A stretch of DNA of 64,000 nucleotides from Takakia lepidozioides. Lineage: Eukaryota > Plantae > Bryophyta. The position numbers and the translations under genes were made by a program. Below are positions 49,325 to 63,381 of the stretch, piece after piece (position 1 is the stretch's first letter; each line of letters begins with the position of its first letter). The notes below the pieces were generated by a model. It saw nothing but the letters and a program-made list of their open reading frames with translations, did not search any database and was not told the origin of the DNA. The stretch spans positions 23,498,001 through 23,562,000 of the forward strand of contig CM060733.1 of assembly GCA_030704615.1 (NCBI GenBank). Direction: 5' to 3'.

Positions 49325-52177
49325 TTGGCTACTGACACGCCAATCTTTCGGAGACCCTATAGATACAGTGACATGGAGAGGTCCTTGATTCAGATGAGAA
49401 CTCATGACCTTTGGGAGGCTGGTTTGGTGGAGCTATCTGGGGGAGAGTATGCTTCAGCCACAGTGATGCCAGCCAAGAAGGATGTCTATGGCAATTGGAC
49501 GGAGAGACGTATGTGCAGTGATTACCGGCCTGTAAATCGTCAAACCAAGTCCGATAGGTATACCATGCCGACACCAGAGGAGATCTTTGATGTCATTGGG
49601 CATGCCAAGGTCTTTAGCACTTTGGATTTACGATCCGGATATCACCAGTTGCCGATCAAGGAGGCGGATAAGCAAAAGACGGCATTCTGGGGGATCAATG
49701 AGCATGGGAAGGATTGCCTATACCAGTGGCGGTTCTTACCAATTGGGCTTAAGAACGCTTCGGTAGAAATTCAGAGAGAGTCGTGGACTACGGTGGAGGA
49801 GCATGAGAGACACCTTCAGTTGATAGTTGAGTGCTTGAGGGCGTACGGATTGAAGTTACATCCGAGGAAGTGCAAGTTTTTCCGAGTATCTGGGTCACAT
49901 GATATATCCTAGAGGATTGGGGGTACAGCAGACTAAGGTAGAGTCCATTGCACAGATTCCACGTCCCACGGATGTGAACCGAGTTCGAGCTTTCATGGGG
50001 TTAGCAAACTATTATAGACGGTTTGTTAAGGGATTTAGTGCCATTGCAAAGGCTCTAACGAAACTGACCAATGTGGACCAGGAGTGGCAGTGGGAAGATG
50101 AGCAAGAACAAACTTTTCAAGAGCTCAAGGCGAGGTTGACCTCGGCGCCCATCTTGAGACGACCTATCAGGGGGCGTCATTTTCAGCTGCATACAGATTG
50201 AAGCATGCTGGGGCTTGGAGCGGTGATCACATAAGTGGATGATGAGGGAAGAGAATTTGTAGTGGCTTATGCTAGCCGCTCGAACAACGCTGCAGAGTCT
50301 AAGTATAGCTCATATGAGGGAGAATGCTTAGCTTTCAGTGTGGGCCGTGGCACACTTCAGGTATTATCTATACGACAATCTCTTCACCCTTGTCACGGAT
50401 CACCAACCACTCAAGTGGTTGATGGAGTCAGACAAGCTTACGGGGAAGCTTGCACGGTGGGCACTCATCCTTCAAGAGTATGACTTTCAGGTTGTGCATC
50501 GACCGGGTTTGGTCAATCGGGATGCAGATGGGTTGAGTTGCAATCCATGCACGAGCCAGCAGGATGACACTGGAGCTCGGTGGCATGGTGAGACGGATGA
50601 GGAGATGGTGCCCGGATGGCATGCATCTGCATTTCTGTGTATCTTGGCAGCGGAAGGCCAGGTTGGACCTGCAATAGGGATGACTGTAGATCAAGTGTCT
50701 GAGGACCCTGAGGCCAACAATGAGCAAGGTGGCGCCAAAGATATACATGAAGATTCAGCTGTGTTGGACTATCTCCGCATTGGAGACACGGCAGCCACTG
50801 TGACTACCAAGGAGAGGGATCGGATCCTACAACGAGCCAAGAGGTTCAAGTAGGAAGGGACACACCTGCTCCGAGTGTGGGAAGATGGTCGAATGAGGAT
50901 TGTGCCTCACCCAACAGCGGGCACGGTTAGTGCGGCATGCCCATGAGGAGTTGGGGCATTTTGGGGTGCGACGCACTCATAGTCTACTGCAGGGGCAGTA
51001 TTGGTGGCGTGGTATGCAAACAGAGGTACAACAATTTGTGGCTAGGTGCATGGTGTGTGACAGGGTGCATGCTTCATTCAACGCCCCTACACCACAATTG
51101 CACCCTCTTTCGATCATGGGATTGGGCTATAGGTGGAGTCTTGACTTCGCAGGGCCGTTATCATTGACCATGCGCCACAACAAGTACGTGTTGGTGATGG
51201 TGGAGCACTTTTCCAAGTGGATCGAGTTGGTTCCATTGCCTGATAAGGCTAGTGAGGGAGTTGCGTATGTATTCTTGGATTGTGTACTTAGCCGATTCGG
51301 TGCTCCAGCTGAGGTACTCACGGACCAAGGGAGAGAGTTCTTGGGGGAGTTTCAGGCGTTGTGTGACAAGGCCTTGGTAGACCACCGCACCACTTCTCGG
51401 GATCATCCTGAGGCAGATGGCTTGGCAAAGAGGGTTGTTCAGAGAGTGAAGAGGGGTTTGCGCAAGTATGGCTTGCAGAAGGGACACCTAGGAGATTGGG
51501 ACCTTCAGTTACCTTGGTTAACCATGGGCTAAAGGTTCAACAAGCAAGCATCACTTGCCTCTTTCTCACCATACTTTCTTCGCTTTGGCCGAGAGCCGGA
51601 TTTGATCCATTCGTAGAGAAGCTGCTACAGTTCTCAACCTTGACGATCCGGACATGTGGGCACGTGCATGTGATCAGCGTGCAGAGTTGTTCAAGAAAGT
51701 CATGCCCATGGCTTTCGAGAACCTTGCCATTGCACAACATCGTGATATGTTGAGGTATGCTATCATACGTGGTGGGGCTATCGTCCTGGGGTTCGGAGAT
51801 TTAACCCTGGTGACTATGTTTATCTGCAGCAGACTGCTCATATGACCTTGGATGTGACTGCAGGACGTACTAATTTGAGGGTTTGAGAGGTGTTGCCCTC
51901 AGGAGTCCTGATCTTGGAGGGTCAGGATGGCATGATTTGGAAGGACCATGTGCGTAATTGCGCGTCATGTCACCTTCCAAATGTTGAAGGAAGGGTTGAC
52001 CCAAACCTGGCAGTGGTACCTGCAAGTTTGAGGTGCATGTTGTGTGGGTCTGCTAGAGGGGCAGCCACCATGCTGGTGTGTGATCGATGCTCTAGAGGTT
52101 GGCATATGGGATGCTTGACTCCACCTCTTGAGATGGTTCCTGATGGGGATTGGTTATGTCCGCATTGCATTGGATAG
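49325..52177 (+). pseudogene. RT-RNaseH-integrase-PHD of copy 3, frameshifted
   Basis: Colinear with copy 2. PHD CMLCGS..VCDRC..WHMGC..WLCPHC at ~52030-52170. Confidence 0.88.
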
Positions 52178-53226
52178 TGGGAATAGATACAACCATGGAA
52201 AGGCTAACAAGAAATGCAAGGCCAAGCTACTAGGAGACCTTGAACACACGAGATCCTGGCTCAAGTTCACAGATTGCAAGACGGCGACTAACGATGGGGC
52301 TACTCTTGTACCCGGCCTCTTGGTCTAGAGAGTTTGAGTACAATAGGGACAGTGATAGAGGACTTAGTACGGCTGTGGCTATTACATCTTGTAGCTATCT
52401 GGAGTTAGAGAGACCTATCCACCAGTTAGGGGGGCGATTGTGGCAGACTACTTTATTGTGCATATATGTGTGGTGTAGTTTGGACAACGATGTAGTTATG
52501 TAGCGATACGTATGCGCACGACAGCTATCAAGTTAAATAAACACAGTGTGAAACTAACTAGAATAAAATCTAGTTATTTGTATTTAACACTTGGATTTAG
52601 TTCAAGTGTTAAGTCAGGTGTCAAGTTTAGTTTGACACCTGAACCGTCTTATCTTCACGAGAGCGTCAGTCGTGCGGCTCATCTCTCTCGAGTTGAGCCT
52701 GCATGACCGAGCTCCTTCACTGCTTAGAATCTGAGTGTGCTTATGAAGGGAGAATAAGATGTTGTGGGGTGGAGTCCCCATAGCTTGGGGTGCCCCTGGC
52801 TTGACTCTTAGTTTAACGAGTGATGGTGTCAACAGTGTGATTTTAGTTTTCAATCTATTGTGGCAGACTACTTTATTGTGCATATATGTGTGGTGTAGTT
52901 TGGACAGCGATGTAGTTGTGTAGCGATACGTATGCGCACGACATGTGCTTCAACAAGAAGATGGTGTCCTACCAACCCTGTGATTGGCCCGAACTCATTT
53001 GTCACTGTGTGCAGGTTTGTGGGCAATGCCCGGGTATTAATCTCGTCTTCACCTATGCATGTTGAGGACCAATGCTTCATGAGATAGATAGGTGGAGGTA
53101 GAGGACCAAATTGAGGAGGGCTTATCGTGTACATCTGGGAGCCCACAAATGATTGCAGAGGGTTTATTTCTTTTTGCTTGACACAAGCATGGTGAATTGC
53201 TGGATTTTGCATTCCCAGCACATGAG

Positions 53227-54278
53227 CCTGGGGAAGTCACTTCCAAATATTCCCAACCGACGTGCAAAAAAATATAGGGTGCAATTTATTTAAAAATAAA
53301 TAAATAAATATAGAAACATTTAAATGAATGGATACATTATATTGTGATTAGGGAATTTCAATGAATATAGGGTTTAAAATAATGATTCATTTTAAATTTT
53401 GCTTAAGACTACTATAGGGTTGAGATAATACCTGTGGACACGTGTTGTGCATTTAGAGTTTAGAGTCTAATGGTAAGGGAGGGGTTTAAGCGCGGGGGTT
53501 TCCCTTTATTCTAATGGTAAGGGCGGGAGTTTCCTGTTGATGTCATCCGTGAGGGCCGGATTTTAATTACAAGATTACCTTCGAATCCCTATGGATTAAT
53601 AACTACGAGAAACTTGCTTGGGTGGATGGTCAACTGGAAGCACGAGAAGCAGCAGTGGCAGACATAGTACGAGGAGGGCCAAGGGCAACAGAGACGAGAA
53701 GAAGCTTCGAGGGAATATTTTTTGGAGCCCTGTCACTGGTGGGATAATCGGGGCAGAAAGGTGAATGTGCACAAAGAGAAGCAGACGACAAGATGCATCG
53801 CAAAGTTTCTTGTCGATTGTCATCCGAGAGAGCCGGATTTGACCAACCACACCAATTATGGTGTTATTAAATTATTTCTCAAAATCTAGAGAACAATTCA
53901 AATATGATCATACCGACAACAAGTGGATAGATGTAGATTCAAGTATTACTTTAGTCACTATGACTTTTGATAGAGTGTAGAACGTTTACACCTTGAATGG
54001 TGATGATGCGAATGCTTAAAATGAATTTATTTCAATCAAATAATAAATTAAATTGTCTTGGAAAAAAATCTTTTATTGTATTATTAATATAGGGTGTTTA
54101 ATATTTGTTTAAAATAATAAAATGTTATTTAAAATATCATATAAAAAATTCACCATATTACAAAATTATGTAATTATGAGATACTAAAAAATACCCAAAA
54201 TAAAAGTAAAATACCACCCTACAAAATATTCATTTATCTCACGTGCCCTATACAAATGATAAAGAGTGACTTCCTCGG
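53227..54278. mobile_element. MULE-like non-autonomous element (a related left end starts again at ~55360)
   Basis: 9-bp TSD GCACATGAG at 53218-53226 and 54279-54287. Imperfect TIRs CCTGGGGAAGTCAC / GTGACTTCCTCGG. AT-rich arms. Confidence 0.7.
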
Positions 54279-54654
54279 GCACATGAGGGCAATTGGTGGG
54301 GAGCCTCTAACCCATCTTCAGTATAATTTGGCACTAGCCTGACAGTCGACACTTTCATGACATTGGAAATAAGTAGATCACCTCCACATCCTTCAGCCCA
54401 ATGTGTGGGCAATACATCATTCCCGTACAACAACTTGTAGGTGTAGGTGTACCCACGTGCAAGACTCATATACACGTCTCTATTTGTCCCATATGCAACT
54501 CAGCATTCTCAGCATTCATGTGCCTTGGGATGTGTTGGCAGAGAGCCCGTTGGATCCGAGCAAGGTAGTTGAATTCAACGAACAACGTAGTTCAATTCAA
54601 TATTGGTGCAAGGTTGTTTCTACTGCTCATAGCTGGGGTGTGAGATTATGGTTT

Positions 54655-55347
54655 GGCTGATTGTTGGTTTCACTTGTATGTGCATGAAATGCGGGAGCAT
54701 AGGGAATGCACTCGAAGTGTTCAAAAAAATGGTTGTACGAAATGTGGCCTCATGGAATCCAATGATAGCAGGATATGCTAAGTTGGGTGTGGTAGGGCTT
54801 TCAAAATGATGAAGAAATGATGCGAAAGGGGTGAGTTCTAACAAGGTCACATTCAGTTGTTTGCTGAATGCATGTGCCAGCCCGGCAACCATGGAAAAGG
54901 GCAAAGAGGTCCATTTGGACATCATTAAATCTGGAATTGCTCCAGATGTTATTTTGGAGAGTGCCCTAACTTAGCTTTCATATATTCCAGATGTGGGAGT
55001 TTGAGGGATGCATGTCAAGTGTTTGACAATGTGACTGAACGAGATGTTATCTCCTGGAGTGCGATGGTTACAGGTTGAGCATGGTTGCGGTAGGGAGGCT
55101 TTTCAGTTGTATGAGCAAATTATGCAGGAGGGGGTGATGCCCAACAATGTCACATTCATTTCCGTCCTCAATGCATGTGCCAGCATGGCAGGCTGCAATA
55201 GGAAAAAGAGGTCCGCAACAACATCATTGAACTGGAATCCAGATATTAATTTGGACAAACCCTTGTTAACGTGTATGCCAGTGTGGGAGCATAGATCATG
55301 CTCGTCAAGTGTTCAACAATATGGTTGAACAAGATATTGTTTCATGA
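54655..55347 (+). pseudogene. PLS-class PPR gene remnant, several degenerate repeats
   Basis: MKCGSIGNALEVFKKMVVRNVASWNPMIAGYA; VTFSCLLNACAS...GKEVH; RDVISWSAMV; GVMPNNVTFISVLNACAS. Confidence 0.8.
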
Positions 55348-57357
55348 AATGCTGGGATCCAAGGGGAGGCCACTTCCAAGTATTTCGATACTACGTACAA
55401 AAAAATATAGGGTACAATATATTCTTGGCAATAAAATTTATAAAATGATTACAAATAGATATGGGTACCAATAAATCGTGGTTTCAAAATTTAAATTAAT
55501 ATAGGGTGTGAAATAGAGAAGTTATTTATTTATTTTTTACAACTACCAATAGGGTCCTGATAAATACATGGGACACGTGTCGTCTAGTTACTGGTTTATT
55601 AGGTGGGCAGACTAGTCATATGTGTTCGAATTTCTAAGTTCTAGGATGAAAACTGCAAACAAGGGCGGATGTTCATCTAGTTTTTCCATGTGAGTAGGGT
55701 TGCATGAAGAAACGAGAGAGGGTAATAACCCGTCATCATGTCGTCCTCAAGTTTTTTGACGCCACAAGTAGTCATCCGCATCACCATGGTTGTCTCTATT
55801 GCGTACATCACGATGTTTATAAGGTCTTCAGACAACTGGCTGAATTTTGCTTTGGGATTGTCCTTAAGAAACAAAGATAAAACCTTGATCAGTCCTAACC
55901 CTTAAGGGCCCATGAGACCCGTTTCGGGTTTCTAACTTTCTAGGAAGTAGATTTTCCTATGTATTTTTTAATGCAGGTGTTAATATTTTTAATGACACTG
56001 GCTGCAATTAATATTCTGACAGCATGGTCCACCCTCTCACATTGAAAACAACAAATTTTAATGAATTTTCAGACCTGCACATTCTCTAGAAAACCCAAGA
56101 GTCATGAAATTGGAGCATGAAACAAGGACTATGTAGAGTTGGCTATCTACGTGGCGAGTCATAATTGGCCCCACAGTTGGGCCCACTCAGGAGCCCTCTT
56201 TCTAATATTCTACCATGTTGGATTTATCATTTGTTTTGACCAGACTCACTATTGTAGTGTATTCCACACCCTCACCGCGGGGATTGAGTAAACATCTAAT
56301 TACAAGGAGTTAAGTTTTGCAATTGGCTCACCATGAATTGCTAAGCTATGGAGATCATTTTGAACCCCACCCCCCATAAGCACATACAATGGACCCTTAT
56401 AATAAAAAAAGGTTCTTTGGCTTGAAAGTTTTACAATACTTAGCTATGATACCATACCACATTTCTATGTGCGAGGTAGGAGCAGGAAAAATCATTTCGT
56501 CACTCAAAGAGCTTGGTCAAAGCTCAAGTTTCATACTTTGCAAAATCCAAAACAAGAAAACCCCCAACCCTAAAACACTAAGATCTCTCTTGTCGTGTGT
56601 GAATTTCTCCACAATTTGTCGGGCAAATGTATATGGTAGGTAAGGTGAATATGGTAAGGTTCAAATTTTTGGATCTAATGTGGTAGGTGTGTAGCCTCCA
56701 TTAACTCGCCGTAGGTTACTTTTCTTGGGGCTGAAATTTGCCCAAAGCGGGCCCTTAAGGGTCAAGGGAAGAGGTAAAGTTCATCTTTGAGGATTTTCTT
56801 GGATTTGAGAATACAAATTGTGTCTCCCTCTCCTTTGGCAACAACCTCCAAATCCAAGAAAGTTCAAGGGTAAGAACTTTATCTGACAAAGTTCAAGAAA
56901 CCCCTTGTCATGCCCGGATTCTGAAATTGCCCGAGCTTAGGATTGTAACCATAACCCCTTGGGGCCACCGCTTGGGCCCAAAGCAACATAATCCAATGAC
57001 CAAAATATTCTACTTGCGACGTCACTACACTACAGTTGGAATTTTTTGGTGGTGCTTTACATTCCATAATGTAAACTTGACATGATAAAAGTATCATATG
57101 GCACAATGTGCAATAGCTATTCTCTATGTCCAAACAGAAGTTGGGTGTTTGAGAATAATGCATCAATGGCAAAAAAATGTGACTTTGCAATACTTTGGTC
57201 CACGGCTCATTTTTTTGTCCGCTCACATATTTGCAATATATATGGTTGATTGTCACATCTGCACATGTAGGCACATCTTCCTCACACTCATTGTTACAAT
57301 TGTTCTAAAGTCCCAAGTTAAGTTGTTTATTTCTCAAAGTCAAGAATTAGGTGCAAT

Positions 57358-58325
57358 ATGACTACACTTTCAGCACTCTTGAAAAGTTTGGTATTGGGAC
57401 TTGTTGTGGCATGCGCTCTAGGCAACTGCATAGCAAGAATGGACTGCTCTCTGCCTAAAAAATTCAAGACTATTGGACCATATTATTGGACAGATGTTCT
57501 TTTTTATCCCAATCAAACTGATTACATTATAGCAAGGATCAATGGAACGGCCACCCAAGATATTTTTGGAGCATTCCAAATCTTTAATGATCCACTCACA
57601 TTGGGTCCCAATGTGAACGACACACTTCTAGGCCGTGCGCAAGGTCACTTAGCACTTGTAAGTGCTCTTCCATATATCAAATATTACAACGGTCATGTCT
57701 CAAATGCATAATCTGCTCAATTCACACCCATGTATAGATGTTGCAAGAGTTCACAAATTCAGTGACATGTTGAAGCTATCATATGTTTTTTTTTTTCAAT
57801 TGCAAGCTTTTCTTTAATTTGTATGTGCATCTACGTATCTATCTACTTATATATTGAATATTTATATCATCACTACATAACCAACATGGGTGGATCACAT
57901 GTCTATGGAAATTAACAAACTAGTTCACTAGATTTGCAAAGAGCTTTTCTTTTTCTTGCAGGAGTTATGTTTCAAGTTAAATATGTAGGACTCGAACTTT
58001 TATATCTTTCATAGGTTCATACATATTGTTTCAATCTTAACGTGCAAGACTCACTGATGGGTTCTTGGCTCAAAATCTACAGACCAGCTATGATGGACTC
58101 GATGGACCAATTCAATTCACATTTGTACTAGACAATGGTACCATCAGCTTTGGAGGATACTTGTTGTATCCTTTTGACAACCGATTTGGAATCATAACAG
58201 GCACTGGTGGCTATAAGAACATTACTAAAGGCTACACTGATACGACTTTTAGCTCATGGGGCCTTAATTATAACCAACTAGTACTTAAGGGCACTGTGTA
58301 TTACACCACATCCGATGACTACTAA
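57358..58325 (+). CDS. Dirigent-like secreted protein, exons 57358-57657 and 58083-58325 (180 aa)
   Basis: Signal peptide. FGAFQIFNDPLTLGP...LLGRAQG; IITGTGGYKNI.KGY. Phase-0 GT..AG intron gives an open frame. Confidence 0.8.
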
Positions 58326-61300
58326 ACTCTTGAGTAGCTTTGGACAAGAGATTCACACATTTAATGTTGCGGTCTATACATATGCATAATGATATTTTAG
58401 AATCTCTATGAAATTGCTTGAAGCTATTGTAGTTGAACAAAGATTTCAATCATGGCTGGAAACATATGATGCATCACTAACTTATATAGTGATGCATATG
58501 TCTTAATTATATCCATAGTATCTAATTAGTGTCTTTGAGTAGATTCTCGCTTTGGACTATTGATGGTTAAATGCTCGTTTGGTCTTGAGAGTAGTGGGGC
58601 ATTGACAACTATCTTATAACCAGACACACGCCATGGAAAGGTGGGTGGATTGAATTACCTACTGGTAGGTCAATATCGGACCCATAATTCATCTCAAGTT
58701 GGCTGGAAGAGAAGGGAAATCCGGATCTCCCAAGCATCGTTCATACTCCTTTGTTGATCAATGTAGACATCAACAAATTTTGTATTAGCATCCACAACAC
58801 CATGTAGTATTATATAATAGTATCTCTTCCTATTGATTTAGTCGTACTTCATGTCAACCAGTAGGGGCGTAATCCTCACAAGGGTGGGTAGCCATAGCAA
58901 TTCATTACACATTATTAAAACAACTTTATACTTGGTCACGTAAATGTTGAGTTGTTGCTCCCTTGTAGCAACACTGAGTAAGGTATGTGGGCAGGTACTT
59001 CTCAATTTGCAAGAAAAGGGAAGTCTGTAGGTGTGTTGAATACAGTACTCATGACACAAATCTTATTCTATTTTAATTGACCTGAGGAAGAAGAAATCAT
59101 AATGATGAGCTTCACCCACTTGTGATGAGTCCTATGAGAGTCTTACTAAGATTGTGGCATTTACTTCATAGGCAATATGTCCACCTGAGTGTAGTCATTT
59201 ATTTCTGCCTAGTCAAGAAGAGGGGTCTGAAATTGAAGTTTGACTCTCCGGACGCGAAAATTTCAAGATCAAACTGATGACACCATTTAGGGGTTTGCAT
59301 ATACCCCCTATATTCTATACCCCCTATTGTTACCCACTCTTATTGGAAGCCTAGCTTTCAATCTCTTTGGGGGCTTCTGAAGGTGGCAATGCCTCGAGGT
59401 TGACAATGTGAAGGGTGGGCGGGGGAGGGAGGAACTGGGAAGGACCAGCAACATCATGAGCTTGGGGGGCAGAGGCAGGGATGATAGGGAGAATGGAGGG
59501 TCTTTTCCGAGTCCTAGCTTTATAGACAATCCTACATTGACACATGGATGGTGACAATAGTATAATATAATAAGCGATGCAAGCCACATCTCCTAAGCCA
59601 ATGATGTCTTTCGTAGTCCTGAAAAATACACCTTAAGCAAGTGTACACCCTGAATTCCTCCTCGATCATAGTGTACCTACACAACATACCAGATTTGATA
59701 TTAAACATACATAAAAGAAATTTTGAACATTTTACTTCAACCCTCTTGATTAATGCAATTTTTAGAGCCCAATCCCCAATCAAAGTTACTCACCATGACA
59801 TATTGGATCCTTGCCAATGAAGCACAGCCTGAAGATGGTGTCTGAAGCACCTGGAGAGCTGCATCAACAAATACAATCAAGATGTCAATCAATAATTCAA
59901 ATTAGAGACTCTTGCCTAATAGATTGATGGTTGCACGTCAAGTTTGCAAAACTGTAACTATAGATGCGTAAACTCGCCAAAAACAATACACGTCCGTGTT
60001 CCTTTATAAGAGGATTTCAGAATGAATTGCACTCGAAAGACATATATAAAGCCTATTCGTTCCAGATTATCCACATAACCTAGATATGAGTGTCCGTGAG
60101 AGAGTGAATGAGAGAGACAAAAAAAGAGATAAAGAAACTTAATGACTTTGAAGAAGTCTCAGAAACAAATTGAAATTAAATAAATTGGTACTTCAAAAAG
60201 TGGGGGAGTCATTGAGAGGATTGCAGAAAGAGTCACATGTGCGTGCAGGAAGATACCAAATGTGGCTGTGCTTGAACTGATTGACGCAGCTGCTTGATGT
60301 GGTCATGATGTGATTCTATCCTCAATCCAAAAATTTCATTGCAAACTAACAAATGAATGAAATTGTCTACAAATTCATGCATGTCTCTTATTCCTCAACG
60401 ACAATTTAATTTGAAATCCAGATGTACAATGACTAAGTGCAAGTTAATGTTTGAGAGTCCAATTGTGGACAAACTGGGAATGTGACAACCTAGAGTGCAA
60501 GTCCTCAAAAGTCCATAACTCCATGAAAAATCATCTAACTTGCAAAATAATCATACCAACATGTAGATATGGTAGATGACTAGCAACATTCAATCTCATT
60601 TGGGATGAAGATAGATTTATTGGCACAATGTTACAGATAATATGAAGAGCACTCACTGAAAAACTGCAATGTGACCAAACTGAGCCACTTGATCGTACAC
60701 TCCCCCATAACCTTCTTGATAACCTCTGGGGATTTGTCACCGAATCAAAGAATCTATACATAAATATATTTGTTTTGCATTTTGTTTGGGTTGGAATTTG
60801 AATCGGAATTAGGTTAGGCATCATGTAGTTCTATTGTGGACCATACATTTTAAGTAATTCTGATAATTCACAAAGGGTACATTACATTATGTATGTATGG
60901 GCTTGTCAGCGAACCAAGCCCTTATATGTTTCTGACCTTTAAACCCATTATAGATCCGAGACAACCTTCTTGGTACGTCCGAACCTACAAAGTTCGGCGA
61001 ACTTGCAAGTTTTGAGTATATTCTCATATGTAAATCTAAAGAATTTTGGCCACTCTCACACTCACCAAAGTTCAGTCCTCTTCTCCTAGAGGGAGAAGTG
61101 GATTATTCTTCACGGAGCTCGATTTTGATGGCTGGGCCCTGGGAACAACTGCTCACGTGAAATATGAGGTCCAAATGTCTCTTATGTTATATCATTATCT
61201 TTTTATTCATTACTATTGTAGGACTTCATTGCTCTAAATGTAGATACAACTCTAAATGGTTGTAGTATATGTTGGTGATAAGTAGGTCACCATGTTAATT

Positions 61301-62418
61301 ATGAAGAATATTGGTCATTCAAAAGATTGGAGGTTGTCATGAATTCCAAGTGCCAACTCATATGTCAGGTGTTTTCGCTCTTGTACTAGGTTTTGCGACT
61401 CTATCTTATTCCATGGATGCCATGATGATTTTTTTGAAAATTGTTTCGACAAATTTTTTCAGATCAGTGGCAAATATATTATACTAGACTATTGTTTTTA
61501 TGAACTAAGGCGCCCCCAACTTGCACTTATATATGAAAATATGTGTATGGTAAGGTTCCCTTGAGGTAACCTTCTTTGATTTGATCAATCATAAGATTAA
61601 TGAGGACATGGCCTGAGGTCTTTAGGGGAAAACCAAAGATAGGCCCGACGAAGGGAACCACGTATATGCCAATGCAATACCCTGTCAGCTCGTCGCCACG
61701 TCACCCTCAAGCATTGGCACCACAACTATTCTTCTCATCACCATGGTTGTCTTAACACTATTAATAAAGGTTTAAGACAATAATTGGCTGAATTTTGCTT
61801 GGGGATTGTTCCTAAATTGATTAGTCTTAAAAGAGGATGTACAAAAAGGGGTGAAGTTCTTATTCAAGGACGCCTCGCCCTTTGTCATGACCTCTAAATC
61901 TAGGAAAGTTCAAGGGCAAGAACTTTATCTAGCAAAGCTCAAAAACTTATTATTTAGCCCTATTTTGACGGATTTTGAGAAGGCCCTAGCTGAGGATTGT
62001 AGTCCATAACCGCTTGGGGCTAAAACAACCTAATGCAAAGACAAATATTGTGATTGGGATGTCACTATATTTACACTTGGAAATTTTGTGTAGTGCTTTA
62101 TATTTCACGTCAAAGTAAAGTTGACATGAGAATACTAACAGCCGGCACGGCACGAAATCATGTGCAAAAACTATTCTCTATGACCAAACAAAACTTGGGT
62201 GGCCAAAAATAATGACTCAATGACAACACTTAACTTAGCAATATTCTAGTCTACATCTCATTGTTTTGGTCCTCTCACATATTAGCAATAAATAAGATTG
62301 ATCGTCACAACTCACACACATGTCTAGGCACTCCTTACTCATTTTGACTTCCTCTCATTGTTACAATTGTTCTAAAATCCCAAGTTAAGAAAAAGTTTTA
62401 AGGCGGGAATCAGGTGCC

Positions 62419-63381
62419 ATGGCTACACTTTCGTCATTCTTGAGAAGTTTGGCACTGGGACTTGTAATGGCATGCGCTGTAGGCAACTACATAATGTCGA
62501 AAGTTGAGTGCTTCCCGCTAGAAAAATTCAATACTATTGGACCATACTATTGGACGGATGTTCTTTTCTATCCCAATCAAACTGATTTTGTAATAGCAAG
62601 GATCAATGGAACGGCAACCCAAGATAACTTTGGAGCATTCCAAATCTTTAACGATCCTCTCAGATTGGGTCCCAATGCAAATGACGCACTTCTAGGCCGT
62701 ACTGAAGGCCACTTAGCACTTGTGAGTGCTTAACTTCCATATATCAATATTACAATGGTCATGTCTATAATGCACAATATGCTTAATTTACATGTACCAC
62801 GACTGTTCATGTGTAGATTTTGCAAAACTTTACAAATTCAGTGTATTCAAGTATTGAAGCTTATAGGTTTTTCTTGTTCCTTGTTTATGTAAAATTACAA
62901 GCTTACATTTAATTTGCATGCATATATGTCTATCTACTTTTATTGAACCCGTTGGTGGATCACAAATTAACAAACTAATTCAATAGATTTGCAAGAGTGT
63001 AAAAATAAAAAATAATAATAACTATGTTTCGAGTTAAATATGTAAGATCCAAACTTTTGCAACTTTCATAGTACATATTGTTTACAAGTGAATATTGTAA
63101 GACTCACCTATGGGTTTCTGGCTCTAAATTATCTACAGAGCAGCGTCGACGCACTTGATGGACCAATACAATTCACATTTGTATTGAACAATGGTACCAT
63201 CACCTTTGGAGGATACTTGGCGTACCCTTATGACAACCGCTATGGAATCATTACGGGAAGTGGTGCCTACAAGAACATTATTTGGGGCTACACTGATACG
63301 ACTTTTAGCTCGTTCGGCCTTGGCTTTGATCAGCTAGTACTCAAGGGCACTGTTTATTACACCACGTCCCATGACTACTAA
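62419..63381 (+). CDS. Dirigent-like secreted protein paralog, exons 62419-62721 and 63139-63381 (181 aa)
   Basis: Same intron position and high similarity to the 57358 gene. Upstream, intron and 3' UTR are also homologous (tandem duplication). Confidence 0.8.

Larger units (their letters stand above)
46450..52943 (+). mobile_element. DNMT/PHD Gypsy-type element, copy 3 (5'-truncated; PR-DNMT-RT-RH-INT-PHD, B-A-B end)
   Basis: The most complete pol in the window. B1 52438-52523, A 52526-52856, B2 52857-52943. Terminal repeats are diverged relative to copies 1 and 2. Confidence 0.92.
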
